Source: Mobula hypostoma
Taxonomy: Eukaryota
Length of the DNA stretch: 64,000 nucleotides
Direction of reading: 5' to 3'
Assembly (NCBI RefSeq): GCF_963921235.1
Contig: NC_086097.1
Location: 46,254,001 to 46,318,000, forward strand
The notes under the pieces were generated by a model that was given only the letters and a program-made list of their open reading frames with translations, did no database searches and was not told the DNA's origin. Shown piece by piece: positions 1 to 12,935 of the stretch (position 1 is the first letter of the stretch; the number at the start of each line of letters is the position of its first letter). The translations under genes and the position numbers were made by a program.

Positions 1-731
1 GACCAAGGAATTGATTGTGGACTTCAGGTAAGGGCAAGTTGAGAGAACACACACCAGTCCTCATTGAGGGATCTGAATTGGAAAGGGCGAGCAGTTTCAA
101 GTTCCTGAATACCTATCCTGGGCCAATATATTGATGCAATTACAAAAAAAGGCACAACAGCGGCTATATTTCATTAGGAGTTTCAGCAGACTTGATCATG
201 TCACCAAAAATTCGTAAATTTCTACAGATGTACCGTAGAGTGCATTCTAAATGGCTGCATCACCGTCTGGTATGGAGGAGGGGAGACTGTACAAGATCAA
301 AAAAGGCTGCAGGATGTTGTAAACTTAGCCAGCTCTATCATTGGCAATGGCCTCCCCAGCATCCAGGACACCTTCAAAAGGTGATGTCTCAAAAAGACAG
401 CTTCCATCATTAAGGGCCCCCAACACACAGGACATGCCCTCTTCTCTTTGCTGCCATCAAGGAGGAGGCATAGGAGCCTGAAGACATACATTCAAAATTT
501 CAGCCACTGCTTCTTCCCTCCACCATCAGATTTCTGAATGGACAATAAACCCATGAACATTACTTCAGTTATTTTCCCCTCTCTCTTAGCACTACTTGTT
601 TTAATTTATTTTAAAATATATATCTCATGTTGCAATTTATAATTTTTATTATGCATTGCAATGTGCCGCTGCCACAAAACAACAAATTTCATGACATACT
701 ATATACCAGTGATAATAAACCTGATTCTGAT
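1..731 (+). mobile_element. Rex1/Babar-like LINE 3' fragment
   Basis: Degenerate 'KELIVDFR...QQRLYFIR...FYRCTVE' coding remnant; 3' end aataaacctgattctga. Confidence 0.75.
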
Positions 732-1039
732 CTCTCCTTTCAACCAGCTTCTGATTCCACCCCACCCCGATTTTATTCTCTTCAAATCCAATTACCCATT
801 TTCATTCCCCTTCCCAGTTCCACCCACCTATTACTCATACACTTATTCCATCAAATCTCCTATCCTATCTGACTATATCTGCCCTTCACCCTCCTTTAAT
901 AATTCACATTACCACCTTCAGATTTCAGAATTTTCAGCTGTGTCCCCACTTACCACCACCCCTCCTTTCCCCAGCTGTTCCATCTGTTTTAGTTTCCCTT
1001 GTCTGCTTCTACCTCTTGCCCACTTGCCTTCAATGAAAT

Positions 1040-1500
1040 GAACACAATACTCAGAGTGTGATCTAACTAGAGTTTTGTAGAGCTGCAAAATAGGTCGCGG
1101 CTCTTGAACTCAATCCCGACTAATATAGGCTAGCACACTATACATCTTCTGCACCACCATATCAACTTGTGGGGCAACTTTGAGGGATCTGTGTACATGG
1201 ACTCCAAGATCACTCTGTTCCTCCACACTGGTAAGAATCCTGCCATTAACCTGGCACTCCATCTTCAAGTTCAACCTTCCAAGGTGCATCACTTCACACT
1301 TTACCAGATTGAACTTCGTCAGTCATTTCTCCACACAGCTCTACACCCTGTCTATATCCCAATGGAGCAAATGATAACCTTCTCCACTAACCACAACACC
1401 ACCATTCTTCATGTCATCTGCAAACTTACTAGCCCACCCTTCCACTTCCTCATCCAAGTCATTTATATAAATCACAGAGTAAGGGTCCTAGAACCCCAGT
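1040..1500 (-). mobile_element. CR1 LINE RT fragment
   Basis: ORF 1110..1292 'EEQSDLGVHVHRSLKV' and reverse-complement FADD motif. Confidence 0.8.
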
Positions 1501-1544
1501 CACTGAGTCATCTTCAAATGTAATATGTAATGAAATGTACATTA

Positions 1545-1640
<96 letters not shown>

Positions 1641-2735
1641 CTATAATGTTAAAAAGGCCATCATTTTAAAACTGTTTACAAATCAATCTTAATAAAAGTC
1701 CAATTGCATCTTTACTTTTTCATTATCTTATTCTGAAAAAAATACTAGGCAACTCCTGCACATTGCTCCAAAAACATTAAAACATTTCCAATTAATTTAC
1801 AGAGCAGTACAGTACTTGTCCTACTTGGCCCTTTCACAGAATACAGTTGTCCCCATCCCCTGGTTCTTTCTCTATTTCCAGATCATTCTTCCCCATTTCA
1901 AGTACTTATCCAATTCTTTTTCAAAAGCTATTAATAAACCCAAATCCAAAGTAATTGGGCAGCTATTCCAAATCTTAAACATTCAGTAGCATCAAAGCTT
2001 CCACTGTCACTGATTTATTTGTTAATCATCTCATATCTAACCCTTTGCTTATAAATGTTTTAGCTAGTGAGAAAGAAAACTATGCTTTCTGCCTCTTCAT
2101 AATATAGACTATAATTATTCACATTAAATCCCAACTCATTATTTTGTGTCCAACCTGAGAGCCTCAGCCAAAGCTTGGAGTTTATAGCTTTGCCAAGAGT
2201 TTGTGCTTAATTAATTGCCTTTATATTATGCAGCACAAGTCTGTGTAGAGCATACATTTGTTCAGGATGCTGCATTGACATTTTGTCAACTATCAGGTGG
2301 GATTTATTTTTCAGTTTTTAATCAGCTACGTACTGCTATCCAAAATTATTTAGTAAAACAGAAATTCGAAGTTCATATCCAAGGCTTACGCTTCGTCATT
2401 TGTGATGAATCCCAGGCCCAAAACTCACAGGAATTGCAGGCTATAGAACTTCCCATGTTGTCAAACAGTTTTATTATTGTACAGGGGCTGGATCACTATT
2501 CCAGTACTTCCAAATTTCATGATCAGTTCATTACGAAAGCCAGACCTAAGACTTGCTGAACAACAACCAAAATTCCACCCTCACATTGTTTAATATTATG
2601 CAATTACAAATCAATTTGCATTATATTATCAGTTTTAAACAGTACTGTATAAACGATTACATAAATACAGGCTCACAGAATGAACGGACAAAGCTGTAAA
2701 TATTTAATCTCTCGCCAGTTAAAAGTGTTAAATTA

Positions 2736-2953
2736 AACACAAAATACTCTGCAGATGCTGGGGTCAAAGCAACACTCACAACACGCTGGAGGAACTCAGC
2801 AGGTCAGGCAACATTTGTCCCACCCTCCCCCCACCTTCTTTATAGGGCCTCTGCCCCTTCCCTCTTCAGTCCTGACGAAGGGTTCCGGCCCGAAACGTTG
2901 ACTGATCCTTTCCACGGATGCTGTCCGACCTGCTGAGTTCATTCAGCGTGTTG
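2736..2953. mobile_element. Short fold-back Penelope-like element terminus with hammerhead motif
   Basis: Arms caacacgctggaggaactcagcaggtc / gacctgctgagttcattcagcgtgttg; degenerate TSD aaaagtgttaaatta (2721-2735) / aaaagtattaactta (2954-2968). Confidence 0.75.
2866..2905 (+). ncRNA. Minimal type I hammerhead ribozyme motif
   Basis: tcagtc-CTGACGA-a ggg ttccgg ccc-GAAA-cgtt-gactga: 6-bp stem I, intact core, palindromic AACGTT stem III. Confidence 0.75.
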
Positions 2954-3097
2954 AAAAGTATTAACTTATTCGGTGCTTGTACACCAGTAATCCTGATATT
3001 ATCCCTATTAAGTACTCCAATAAACGTATTATTAAATGTGGTCAGTGACTTACTATAAGCAATATCAAAGATTATCTACTGATAATCTACTAAAATT

Positions 3098-3320
3098 GGC
3101 CGGCTGGTGGCGTAGTGGCATCAGCGCCGGACTTTGGAGCGAAGGCTCCCGAGTTTGAACCCAGCTGGCTCCCCAGGCACACTTTCCATCCATGCTGGGT
3201 TGAGCGTTGAGCTAGCAACTCGACCGCGTAAAAAAGAAATTGCCTGCTACCGAAACATAAACAGCAAAAAGTTGATGGCCTATGCTCTCTCGTGAGTTTA
3301 AAAGGCAATTTCCTTTTTCC
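3098..3320 (+). mobile_element. tRNA-derived SINE
   Basis: A box TGGCGTAGTGG, B-box-like GTTTGAACC; head and body shared with 60186-60402. Confidence 0.75.
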
Positions 3321-3411
3321 TTAATCTGCTAAAATTGCTAAGTGGTTCACAATTTTTCATCTTTACTAATTGTAAAAGGTGCTTTAATACAGTCACCTGG
3401 TTATGCTCATA

Positions 3412-4690
3412 AATACAAGAAATCCTACAGGTGCTGGAAATCCAGAACAACATACACAAAATGCTGGAAGAATTCAGGTCAAGCAATATTGATAGAAATG
3501 AATAAACAGTTAACCTTCCAGGCCAAGAACCTTCTTCAAGACTGGCAAAGGAAGGGAGAAGGCACCAGAAATTGGGTTTCCCCTTTTCCACCATTAATGC
3601 TGCCATCAACTGCATCTTCTCTATTTCCCATACATCTGTTCTCACCCCATCTTCCCACTGTGTTAACAGGGACAGAGTTCCTCTTGTCCTCACCTACCAC
3701 CCCATGAGCCTTCGCATCCAACAATCGTTCTCTACAACTTCTGGCATTTTCAACAGGCTCCTACCACCAAAGACATCTTTACTCCCAACCACCCCCAACT
3801 CTCCACACTCCACAAAGATCACTCCCCTCTATGATTTTCTTGCCATTCGTCCCTCCGCACTGATCTCTCTCCTGGCACATTTCCCTGCAAGTGACAGAAA
3901 TGCTACATCTGCTCATTCACCTCCTCCCTTACCTCCATTCAGGTCCTCAATCAGTCCTTCCAGGACTGACAACAATACATAATCTGCTAGATTATGTATT
4001 GCATTGAACTACTGCTGCTAAATTAACAAATTTCACGTCACATGCTGGTGATAATAAACCTGATTCTGATTGCTTCTTCTCCAGCCCCTCCCCTTTCCCA
4101 CCCACCTGGTTTCACCCATCACTTTGTAGCTTATCCTCCTTTTTCTGCCCCCCCCCCCACATTTTGGGCCGAGTTTATTCTTCAGGACTGGAGGAAAAAA
4201 AAGTTAAGAAGTCAGAGCAAGAAGGTGGGGGGAGGGGAGGAGAAAATACAAGGTAGTAGGTGATAGGTAAAACCAGAAGAGGGGGTGGATGAAGTAAAGA
4301 GATGGGAAGTTGATTGGTGAAAGAGATAAAGGGCTGGAGAAGGGGGAAATTGATAGGAAAGGATAGAAGTCCATGGAAGAAAGCAAAGGGGGGGGGGAGC
4401 ACCAGAGGAAGGTGATGAGCAGCTGAGAGTGGGAAATGTGAATGGGGAATGGTTTGGGGGGGGAGGGGGGTCATTAACGGAAGTTCGAGAAATTGATGTT
4501 CATGCTATCAGGTTGGAGGTTACCTACCTAGATGGAATACAAAGTATTGTTCCTCCAACCTGAGTGTGGCCACATCGCGGCAGTAGAAGAGGCAATGGAC
4601 TCACATGTTGGAATGGGAATGGGAAGTAGAATTAAAATAGGTGGCCACTGGGAGCTCCTGCTTTTTCTAGTGGACGAAGCATAAGTGCTC
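3412..4690. mobile_element. Older Penelope-like element fragments in both orientations, interrupted by a Rex-like 3' tail (~3985-4072)
   Basis: ORF 3572..3982 'GFPFSTINAA...DRVPLVLTYHP' is homologous to 51118..51399; decayed hammerhead motifs near 3507-3545 and 4160-4191. Confidence 0.75.
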
Positions 4691-6414
4691 ATTGCTAAAT
4701 CTGGAAAGCTCCATACAATTGCAGAGGAACTGATTCTGCCAACAGTAAGGGAAGTTCTGAGTTTGGTTTTGCATACCGCAAGTCACCAGACCAAATAATT
4801 AAATTGATTCAGCTCAGGGATAACTCTGTTCAAAGATGAATCGAGGAAATGTCTGAGAATGTAGACGACACATTGTGCAATGCACTTAGGACAACAGAAT
4901 TTGCTCTGCAGTTGGATCAGTCAACTTTGCTAGGCAATGAATCTTGGTTATGCCCACTTCATAATAGATGAAAGCATGGTTCAAGAGTTGTTAATTGCAA
5001 GTGGGGGGGCGGGAGTGAGATACAGATACAAAGGGAGTCAATATTTTGGGTTGTTGAGCAATTTTTCAAAGGGACTCTTGTGCAACAGTTGAGACACTAT
5101 CAATGATAGGATGCCACTGTGGATTTGTTATTTTTTTGTAAAAACCTGTACCAAGCATATCTACCATTCACTGTGTAATTCACTGACAACATCTTCTTCA
5201 CAAAAAAGCGAGGTGATCAACTGCTCAAATCATTAAGTACTGTTGTCACAGTGGTAAATAAAATCATGTCTCACGCTTTCAATTCTCAACTATTTCAAGA
5301 GGTTTTTATTGAGAACAATGAACAGTCTGAATGCTTGCTATTGCACAGAAAAGTCAGATGACTCTCAAAACAAAACTGCCTGAGACACTTTCCTGCACTT
5401 TTTGAAACTGTGAGAAAATTCTTTGAAGACTCCAATGCTACATTCAGTAATCAACTCAAGAATATTAAGCATGACATTGCTTACTTGTCAGAATTATTCA
5501 CAAACTTTAATGAAATTAATCTTCTATTACAAGGAAATTACGTGAATCTTATCAAAGTCACATCAGTCATCTCTACATTTCTGTCCAAGTTGACCCTACT
5601 TAACAGCGACATTGGCCGTCGCGACCATGTCCAATTTACAAGCATCTCTGAGTTGGAAAAGAAAGAATGAGTACCAGATGATCATCAAGTATACTGTGCC
5701 CACCAGAATGAGCTGCATAAAGACATGTCAGAGAGATTTCAGTACCTCCTCCTAATCCAAGTTCCAGATTGGATAATAAATCCATTCCTGAACATTTGTA
5801 ATGAAGAATTAACAGGAAGGATGGAGGAAGAACAGATCTTGTTACAAAATGACTGAGCTGAAACTGAGGTTCAAAAAAAAAAATCATATCACGATATTTA
5901 GCTACAGAAAGAAATTTCTGAATGTTATCCTACACTGTGGAAAAAGATAAAGATGTTCTTCATTGTCTATCCAACATTACATTTAGTGGAGTGTGGTTTC
6001 CAACTTCTTTCAAAGGAACGAAACAGGCTGCAAGTAACTGAACATGGGGATTTAAGTGACATTCAGTCTGATGTTGAGAAGCTGATATCACTGCACCAAA
6101 CCCAACCATCTCATTGAAAGGTGAAAAAGCAACTAAGTAATGAATAGTCAGACTACTGATGCACATTCTAAAAATTGCTGATGAAAATTGTTTTTACTTC
6201 AAATAAATGAAGAAATAATTTTATTTATAGCCTTTAAATAGATTTGAATAATCTTCGCAATTTTTTGTCACTGCTTTGGATTTACAGTTCCTATTTTCTT
6301 TCACTGTAAATCAAAATTCTTTATAGTTTTTACTTAATGGCCGAAAAGGGAGACGGGGTGCTGGGGATGTGGTCTGGGACCCAAGGAAGCAGTAACCCAA
6401 AAAAAGTTTGGAAA
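4691..6414 (+). mobile_element. hAT-Charlie-type DNA transposon remnant with decayed transposase
   Basis: Frameshifted motifs 'GKLHTIAEELILP', 'FALQLD', 'IHCVIH', 'DIAYLSELFTNFNEINLLLQG'; its 3' end is interrupted by a Penelope-like element. Confidence 0.8.
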
Positions 6415-7445
6415 TGCAAACAACAGGAATTCTGCAGATGCTGGAAATTCAAGCAATACACATCAAAGTTGCTGGTGAACGCAGCAGGCCAGGCAACATC
6501 TCTAGGAAGAGGTGCAGTCGACGTTTTAGACCGAGACCCTTCGTCAGGACTAACTGAAGGAAGAGTGAGTAAGAGATTTGAAAGTTGGAGGGGGAGGGGG
6601 AGATCCAAAATGATAGGAGAAGACAGGAGGGGGAGGGATGGAGCCAAGAGCTGGACAGGTGATTGGCAAAAGGGGATATGAGAGGATCATGGGACAGGAG
6701 GTCCGGGAAGAAAGACGGGGGGGGGGGGACCCAGAGGATGGGCAAGGGGTATATTCAGAGGGACAGAGGGGGAAAAAGGAGAGTGAGAGAAAGAATGTGT
6801 GTATAAAAATAAGTAACAGATGGGGTACGAGGGGGAGGTGGGGCATTAGCGGAAGTTAGAGAAGTCGATGTTCATGCCATCAGGTTGGAGGCTACCCAGA
6901 TGGGAATGGAATGGGATGTCCCATTCTGACATGTCTATCCACGGCCTCCTCTACTGTAAAGATGAAGCCACACTCAGGTTGGAGGAACAACACCTTATAT
7001 TCCGTCTGGGTAGCCTCCAACCTGATGGCATGAACATTGACTTCTCTACCTTCCGCTAATGCCCCACCTCCCCCTCATACCCCACCTGTTACTTATTTTT
7101 ATACATACATTCTTTCTCTCACTCTCCTTTTACTCCCTCTGAATATACCCCTTGCCCATCCTCTGGGTTCCCCCCCCGCCTTGTCTTTCTTCCCGGACCT
7201 CCTGTCCCATGATCCTCTCGTATCCCTTTTGCCAATCACCTGTCCAGCTCTTGGCTCCATCCCTCCCCCTCCTGTCTTCTACTATCATTTTGGATCTCCC
7301 CCTCCCCCTCTCACTTTCAAATCTCTTACTAACTCTTCCTTCAGTTAGTCCTGATGAAGGGTCTCGGCCTGAAACGTCGACAGCACCTCTTCCTAGAGAT
7401 GCTGCCTGGCCTGCTGCGTTCACCAGCAACTTTAATGTGTGTTGC
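6415..7445. mobile_element. Young Penelope-like element, inverted (fold-back) structure
   Basis: Left arm (-) 6415-~6918 and right arm (+) ~6919-7445; endonuclease C-terminus 'EEQHLIFRLGSLQPDGMN'; TSD aaaagtttggaaa at 6402-6414 and 7446-7458. Confidence 0.9.
7347..7381 (+). ncRNA. Minimal hammerhead ribozyme motif
   Basis: agtc-CTGATGA-agg gtctcgg cct-GAAA-cGTC-gac. Confidence 0.75.
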
Positions 7446-7461
7446 AAAAGTTTGGAAACCG

Positions 7462-10180
7462 CCATTCTACACTATCCACAACACTACCAACCTTCATGTC
7501 ATCTGCAAACTTACTAACCCACCCTTCCACTTCTTCATATAGAAAAATCACAAAGAGCTAAGGTCCTAGAACAGATCCCTCTATAACACCACTAGTTATC
7601 AACTTCTAGACAGAGTTCCATCCTCTGCCTTCTGTGGGCAAGCCCATTCTAAATCAATGCAGCCAAGTTTCTCTGGATCCCATGCCTTTTCAAATGTTCA
7701 AGTATCCTGTCTTTAAGAATCCTCTTTAATAGTTTGCCCACCTCTGATGTAAGACCCACTGGTCTATAATTCCAAGGGTTATCCTTATTACCTTTCTTGA
7801 GCAAAGGAATAACACTTGCTGCCCTCTAATCTTTGGTACTACTCCTGTGGCCAGTGAGGATGCAAAGATCATCACCAAAGGTGCAGCAATCTCTTCCCTC
7901 ACTCCTCGTAGTAACTTCAGGTATATCCCATCCAGCCTATCTATCATAATGTTTTTCAAAAGTTCCGATAACTTCAACATGGTCCAGCACATTAGCCTAT
8001 GATGACATAGATTACAGAGGAGAAAGTGTTTGCTACCTTAAGGCAAATCAGGGCGGATAAATCCCCAGGGCCTGACAAGGAACTCTCTCTGACCCTATGG
8101 AAGGCAAGTGCAGAAATTGCCGGGGCCCTAGCAGAGGTATTTAAATCATCCTTAGTGACAGGGATGTACCAGAGGATTAGAGGATATCCAATATTGCTCC
8201 ACTGTTTAAAAATGGCTCTAAACATAAACAAGGAAATTATAGGCCAGTAAGTCTGACATCAGTTGTGGTTAAGTTATTGGAAGGTATTCTAAGGGACCAG
8301 CTATACAAGTATTTGGGTAGATATGAATTGATCAGGGACAATCAGTGTTGTGTGTGATAGGTCCTGTCTAGCCAATCTAGTTTTTTGAGCAAGTTATCAG
8401 GAAAGTGGATGAAGATAAGGCAGTGCACGGACTCTAAGTGAGGCATTTGACAAGGTGCCGCATCGGAGACTGGTCAAGAAAGTTCAATCACTCGGCATTC
8501 AGGATGAGGTAGTAAATTCGATGAGACATTGACTCTGTGGGAGAAGCCAGAAAGTGGTAGTAAAGGGTTACCCCTCCGACTGGAGGCCTGTGACTAGTGA
8601 TCTGCCACAGGGATTGGTGCTGGGTCCCTTGTTGTTTGTCATCTATACCAATGATCAGGATGATGATGCGGTTAACTGGATCAGCAAATTTGCGGATGAC
8701 ACCAAGATTGGGGGTGCAGTGGTCAGTGAGGAAGGCTTTCATGGCTTGCAGAGGGATCTGCATCAGCTGGAAGAATGGGCTTAAAAATGGCAGACGGAAG
8801 TTAATGCAGACAAGGGTGAGGCTTTGAACTTTGGTAGGACCAATCAGGTCCTACACAATGAAAGATGGGGCACTGAGGAGTGTGGTAGAACAAAGGGATC
8901 TGGAAATACAGGTCTATAATTACTTGAAAGTGGCTTCACTGGTAGATCGGGTTGTAAAATAAACTTTTGGCACACTGGCCTTCATAAATCAACATATTAA
9001 GTACAGAACATGGGATGTTATGTTGAAGTTGTATAAGACACTGGTGAAGCCTAATTTTGAGTATTGTGTGCAGTTTTGGTCACCTACCTGCAGGAAATAT
9101 ATAAACAAGGTTGAAAGGGTAAAGAAAAAACTTACAAGGTCTGGAGGATCTGAGATATAAGGAAAGACTGAATAGGTTAGGACAGTATTTTTCAGAATGT
9201 AGAAAATTGAGAGGAGATTTGATAGAGGTATACAAAATTATGAGTGTTATAAATAGGGTAAACGCAAGCAGGTTTTTTCCACTGAGGTTGGGTGCGACTA
9301 CAACCAGAGGTCATGGGTTATAGGTGAAAGGTGAGGTTTAAGGGGAGTATGAGGGAAAACCTCCTCACTCAGAGGGTCGTGAGAGTGTAGAATGAGCTGC
9401 CAGCACAAGTAGGGCATGTGAGCTCGATTTCAAGGTTTAAGAGAAGTTTGGATAGGTACATGGATAGTACGAATATGGAGGGCCAAGGTCCTGGTGCAGG
9501 TCAATGAGAGTAGGCAGGTTAAATAGTTTGACATGGGCTAGATGGACCAAAGGACCCATTTCTGTGCTGTACTTCTATATGACCTCTCCTTCATCAAGGT
9601 TCCTCTTATTGGTAAATACTGAAGCAAGGTAATCATTATGGACCCTACCTTTTCCAACTCCAGACACATTTCCTCTTTTATTCTGATTGGTCCTACCCTC
9701 ACTCTAGTCATCTTCCTGTTCTACATGTACATGTAAAAGACCTTGGGGTTTTTCTTAATCCTGCTCACCAAAGCCTTCTCATGCTCCCTTATAGCTCTCC
9801 TAATTCCCTTCATAAATTTGCTCCTGGCCTCCTTACAACTCTCAAGAGTCATGTCTAACGTTTGCTCCTTAAACCTTAGATGTGCTTCCTCCTTCTTGTT
9901 GACTAAGTATTCCACTTCCCTTGTCAACCATAGTTCCTTCACCCTGCCATCATTTCCCAGCCTGAATAGGACAAACCCATCTAGAACCCCATGCAAGTGC
10001 TCCATAAACAACCTCTACATTTCCTTTGTACATTTCCCCGAGAACATCTGTTCTCAATTTACACTCCCATCTCCTGTCTAATAGCATTTTAATTAGTCTT
10101 CCCCAAATTCAGTACTTTCCTATACCATCTGCTCCTATCTTGTCTAAAGCTATGGTAAAGTTCAAAGACTTCTGGTCAGA
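7462..10180. mobile_element. CR1 (-) in two pieces (7462-~7990, ~9586-10180) interrupted by a CR1 (+) at ~8000-9585
   Basis: Minus ORFs 9721..10011 and 7726..7992 are consecutive ORF2 segments; the plus copy has 'PQGLVLGP', 'KFADDTK' and a 3' ttctatatg tail. Confidence 0.85.
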
Positions 10181-10635
10181 CTCCGAAATATCCACCCCGC
10201 CTCACCCAAGAACTCTGTCACATGCACAGGGTCACAAAGAATTCATGTATTTTTTTCAAAATTAAAAGCATTCAACCAAAGAACATTTATAACTTTTTTG
10301 ACTAACTTTTTAACAAACCTGTACCATAATGTCAATGGATGTAAAATATACAGAAAAAATATCAAAATTCACTCTTAGTTTGTACTACTGACAAAGCAAG
10401 AGGGTAGCTGTTGATGTTTTCAAGGATGGTGCTTCCTTTCTGTATTATAGGAGCCTTGCCACTGATGAGGTCCAATTAGTGGAGTCCAAGGCTGTCTGCT
10501 TTGAGTCCAGCTAAGTAAGAGTGCTGGGAAGCAATAGGTAGAGTTTCAGAAAAGAGTACTGAGCATTCATGATCTGTTCCAATCGGTCTTAAGCTGTTTT
10601 ATTGCTGGGAAAAAAATCCTACCACCTAACAGTAA

Positions 10636-11060
10636 ACATAGAACGTAGGATAATAAAGCACAATACAGGCCCTTCAGCCCACAGTGTTGTGCTGAGCTTT
10701 CAACTTACTTTATGATCAACTAGCGCTTCCCTTCTATATGGTTCTCCATTTTTCTATCATTCATGTGCCTATCAAAGAGTTTCTTAATTTTTTTCTAATT
10801 TTTCTCCCTCTTCCACTACCCCTGGCAGGGCATTCCATGCACACACCACTGTGTTTAAAAAAAACACTACCTCTGACACCCCCTCTATATTTCCCTCCAG
10901 TCACCTTAAAATTGTGCCCCCTCATACCAGCCATTTCTGCCCTGGGAAAAAGTCTCTGGCTATCCACTCAAATATGCCTCTTGGCATCTAGTACACCTCT
11001 ATCAAATCATTTCTCATCCTCCTTCACTCCAAAGAGAAAAGCTCCAGCTCGCTCAATCAA
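10636..11060 (-). mobile_element. CR1 3' end fragment
   Basis: ORF 10761..10967 'QRLFPRAEMAGMRGHNFKV'; reverse-complement tail catagaac. Confidence 0.8.
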
Positions 11061-11454
11061 TAGTTTTATTACCTTCCAGATCAATTAGAATAAACTGGAC
11101 TGAAGCCTAGAAATTTGTTAGTTTTTATCTGGGCACAAGTCAAGTCTTTCGCAATGCAAAGGAATGTAGTAAATATTTATAATTAATTTCCTTCTTCAAT
11201 AAAATCTCTAACCACGTCATCAAGTAACTGGAATAAACTGTACATTGTACCAAAAGTATGCAGCAGAGAACACTGCTATTGGCCAACATTTTCTTCTGTT
11301 CCTTATATACCACTGTGCGACTTCATGCCTTTATCATTCTGTCAAGCAATTTCAGTTTTTCAATATTTGTTTTGATTTATACAGTTTATCTTATTCTGCA
11401 CATTAGTTGTCAATCTTCATTTGTTTTTTGTATTATTCTGTTGTATTTCATGAC

Positions 11455-11680
11455 AAAACATAAAAACGCTGGCCTGCTGCATCAATGGAGCAGAATAAAC
11501 AGTCAATGCTTTGGTCCAAGACCCTTCATCTTTCGTAAACAAAAGAGATTCTGCAAATGTTGAAAATCTTGAGCAACACCCAGAACATGTTACAGAAACT
11601 TAGCAAGTCAGGCAGCATCTATGGAGGGGATTAAACAGTCAATGTTTCAGGCTGAGACCCTTCATCAGGACTGGTGAAAG
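11455..11680 (-). mobile_element. Two tandem older Penelope-like terminal fragments; hammerhead motif at 11636-11673
   Basis: Reverse complement cagtc-CTGATGA-agggtctcagcct-GAAA-catt-gactg. Confidence 0.7.
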
Positions 11681-12509
11681 GCTGGAAATGGATATCTGCG
11701 ATTCTGAAAGTCCAGAGCCAAGGAATGGAAGTTGGAGGTGTTTGTGAGTGGGTGGGAAGATGGAAAAAGGGCTTGCTTTGCTGTTGTTGATCTGCTGACA
11801 TTATGGGCATGCTACGTTGGTGCTGAAATGTGTGGTGACACTTGCGGGCTCTCCAGTACATTCTTCAGTTGCGTTGGTTGTTAACACAAACAACACATTT
11901 CACTGTATGTTTTGGTGCGCATGTGATAAATAAATGGATCTAAATCTGTCATTTCACTGAACTTTTCAAAGATTGTTAGCAACCCAACAGTCACCTCCAC
12001 TATATTTCCCCCATTTTCACAGCTATTATCATTTTCTCACAATCTTTTTATTCCTTTTCAGCTTCTACCCAATATTCTGTAACGTTGAACCCACCACACA
12101 GAAACAACGGCTGGTGATACCCATTTTGTCAGGTTGCTACAGTAAAATTCTGCAGCAAACTAGATCATTTGTGAAAATATAATTGCAAGCAAGTTACAGC
12201 TTTGGATTACAGCTCAAAACAGTACATTATTGTAGTATTATAGCATTGCTCTAAAGAATTTATAAAAATATACAAAACCTCTTAAATATCAAACAAACTA
12301 ACAAGGACAGATGTCATCAGATTTTAATGTCAAATATCAACATAGCCTCATGTTAATCAGTTACATGAGGTAACTGCCCAGCAAAACGAGTATTGACTTA
12401 GGGTGGTTGACAAAGTGTTAGGTGTTCGGATAGTGGGTGGGGGTGTGGAGAGTAGATGCCCAAGTATGTTTGTATTCTATAGTTGATATACATCCATCTG
12501 TAAGGTAAG

Positions 12510-12935
12510 TACAGTCATATGGTTGTGGGCTCATCATTCATTTTAGACACTTTGATACATAATCCATGATCATTATTGAGGGAATACTGTTAAAGATCAA
12601 ATCATTTAAGTGACTTCAAAACTAAGGTTCAATCTATCTGCTTAAGTAGGTGTAAAATATTCAATATTCACATTGCCCAAGAGAAATGAAAAGCATGGGT
12701 TGCTTCTGTTCAGTTTAGGAAGTTTCCATAGCACCACTTTTTAAAAAATGCAAAAGAGTTCTGAGTGGTCTTCCCTTGACATTCAATTGACATTCAACTC
12801 ATTACATCCTGTGAGACACTGTTGTGCACAAATTAGCTGTCATGTCTGGTTATGATACAACAATGACAAAATTCCAAAAAATTCATTGTTTTAGATCATG
12901 AGGTTGTGAAAAATGTTGCAAAAATGCTTGTTTCC
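12510..12935 (+). mobile_element. Ancient Deu-domain-like SINE remnant
   Basis: 3' part 'gtgcacaaattagctg...caacaatgac...aattcattg...gaggttgtgaaa' resembles the AmnSINE/SacSINE 3' domain (recalled, not aligned). Confidence 0.55.

Noticed and set aside
3098..3175. tRNA gene (also 60186-60260)
   Set aside because: The tRNA-like head continues into a shared SINE body, and the 60186 copy has a tail and TSD.
5410..5670. Domesticated ZBED/SCAND3-like gene
   Set aside because: The surrounding transposase frame has many stops and frameshifts.
6330..7542. Cluster of overlapping Pro/Ser-rich ORFs (also ~49897-52269 and 62978-63386)
   Set aside because: These are alternative frames of the pyrimidine-rich PLE terminal repeat.
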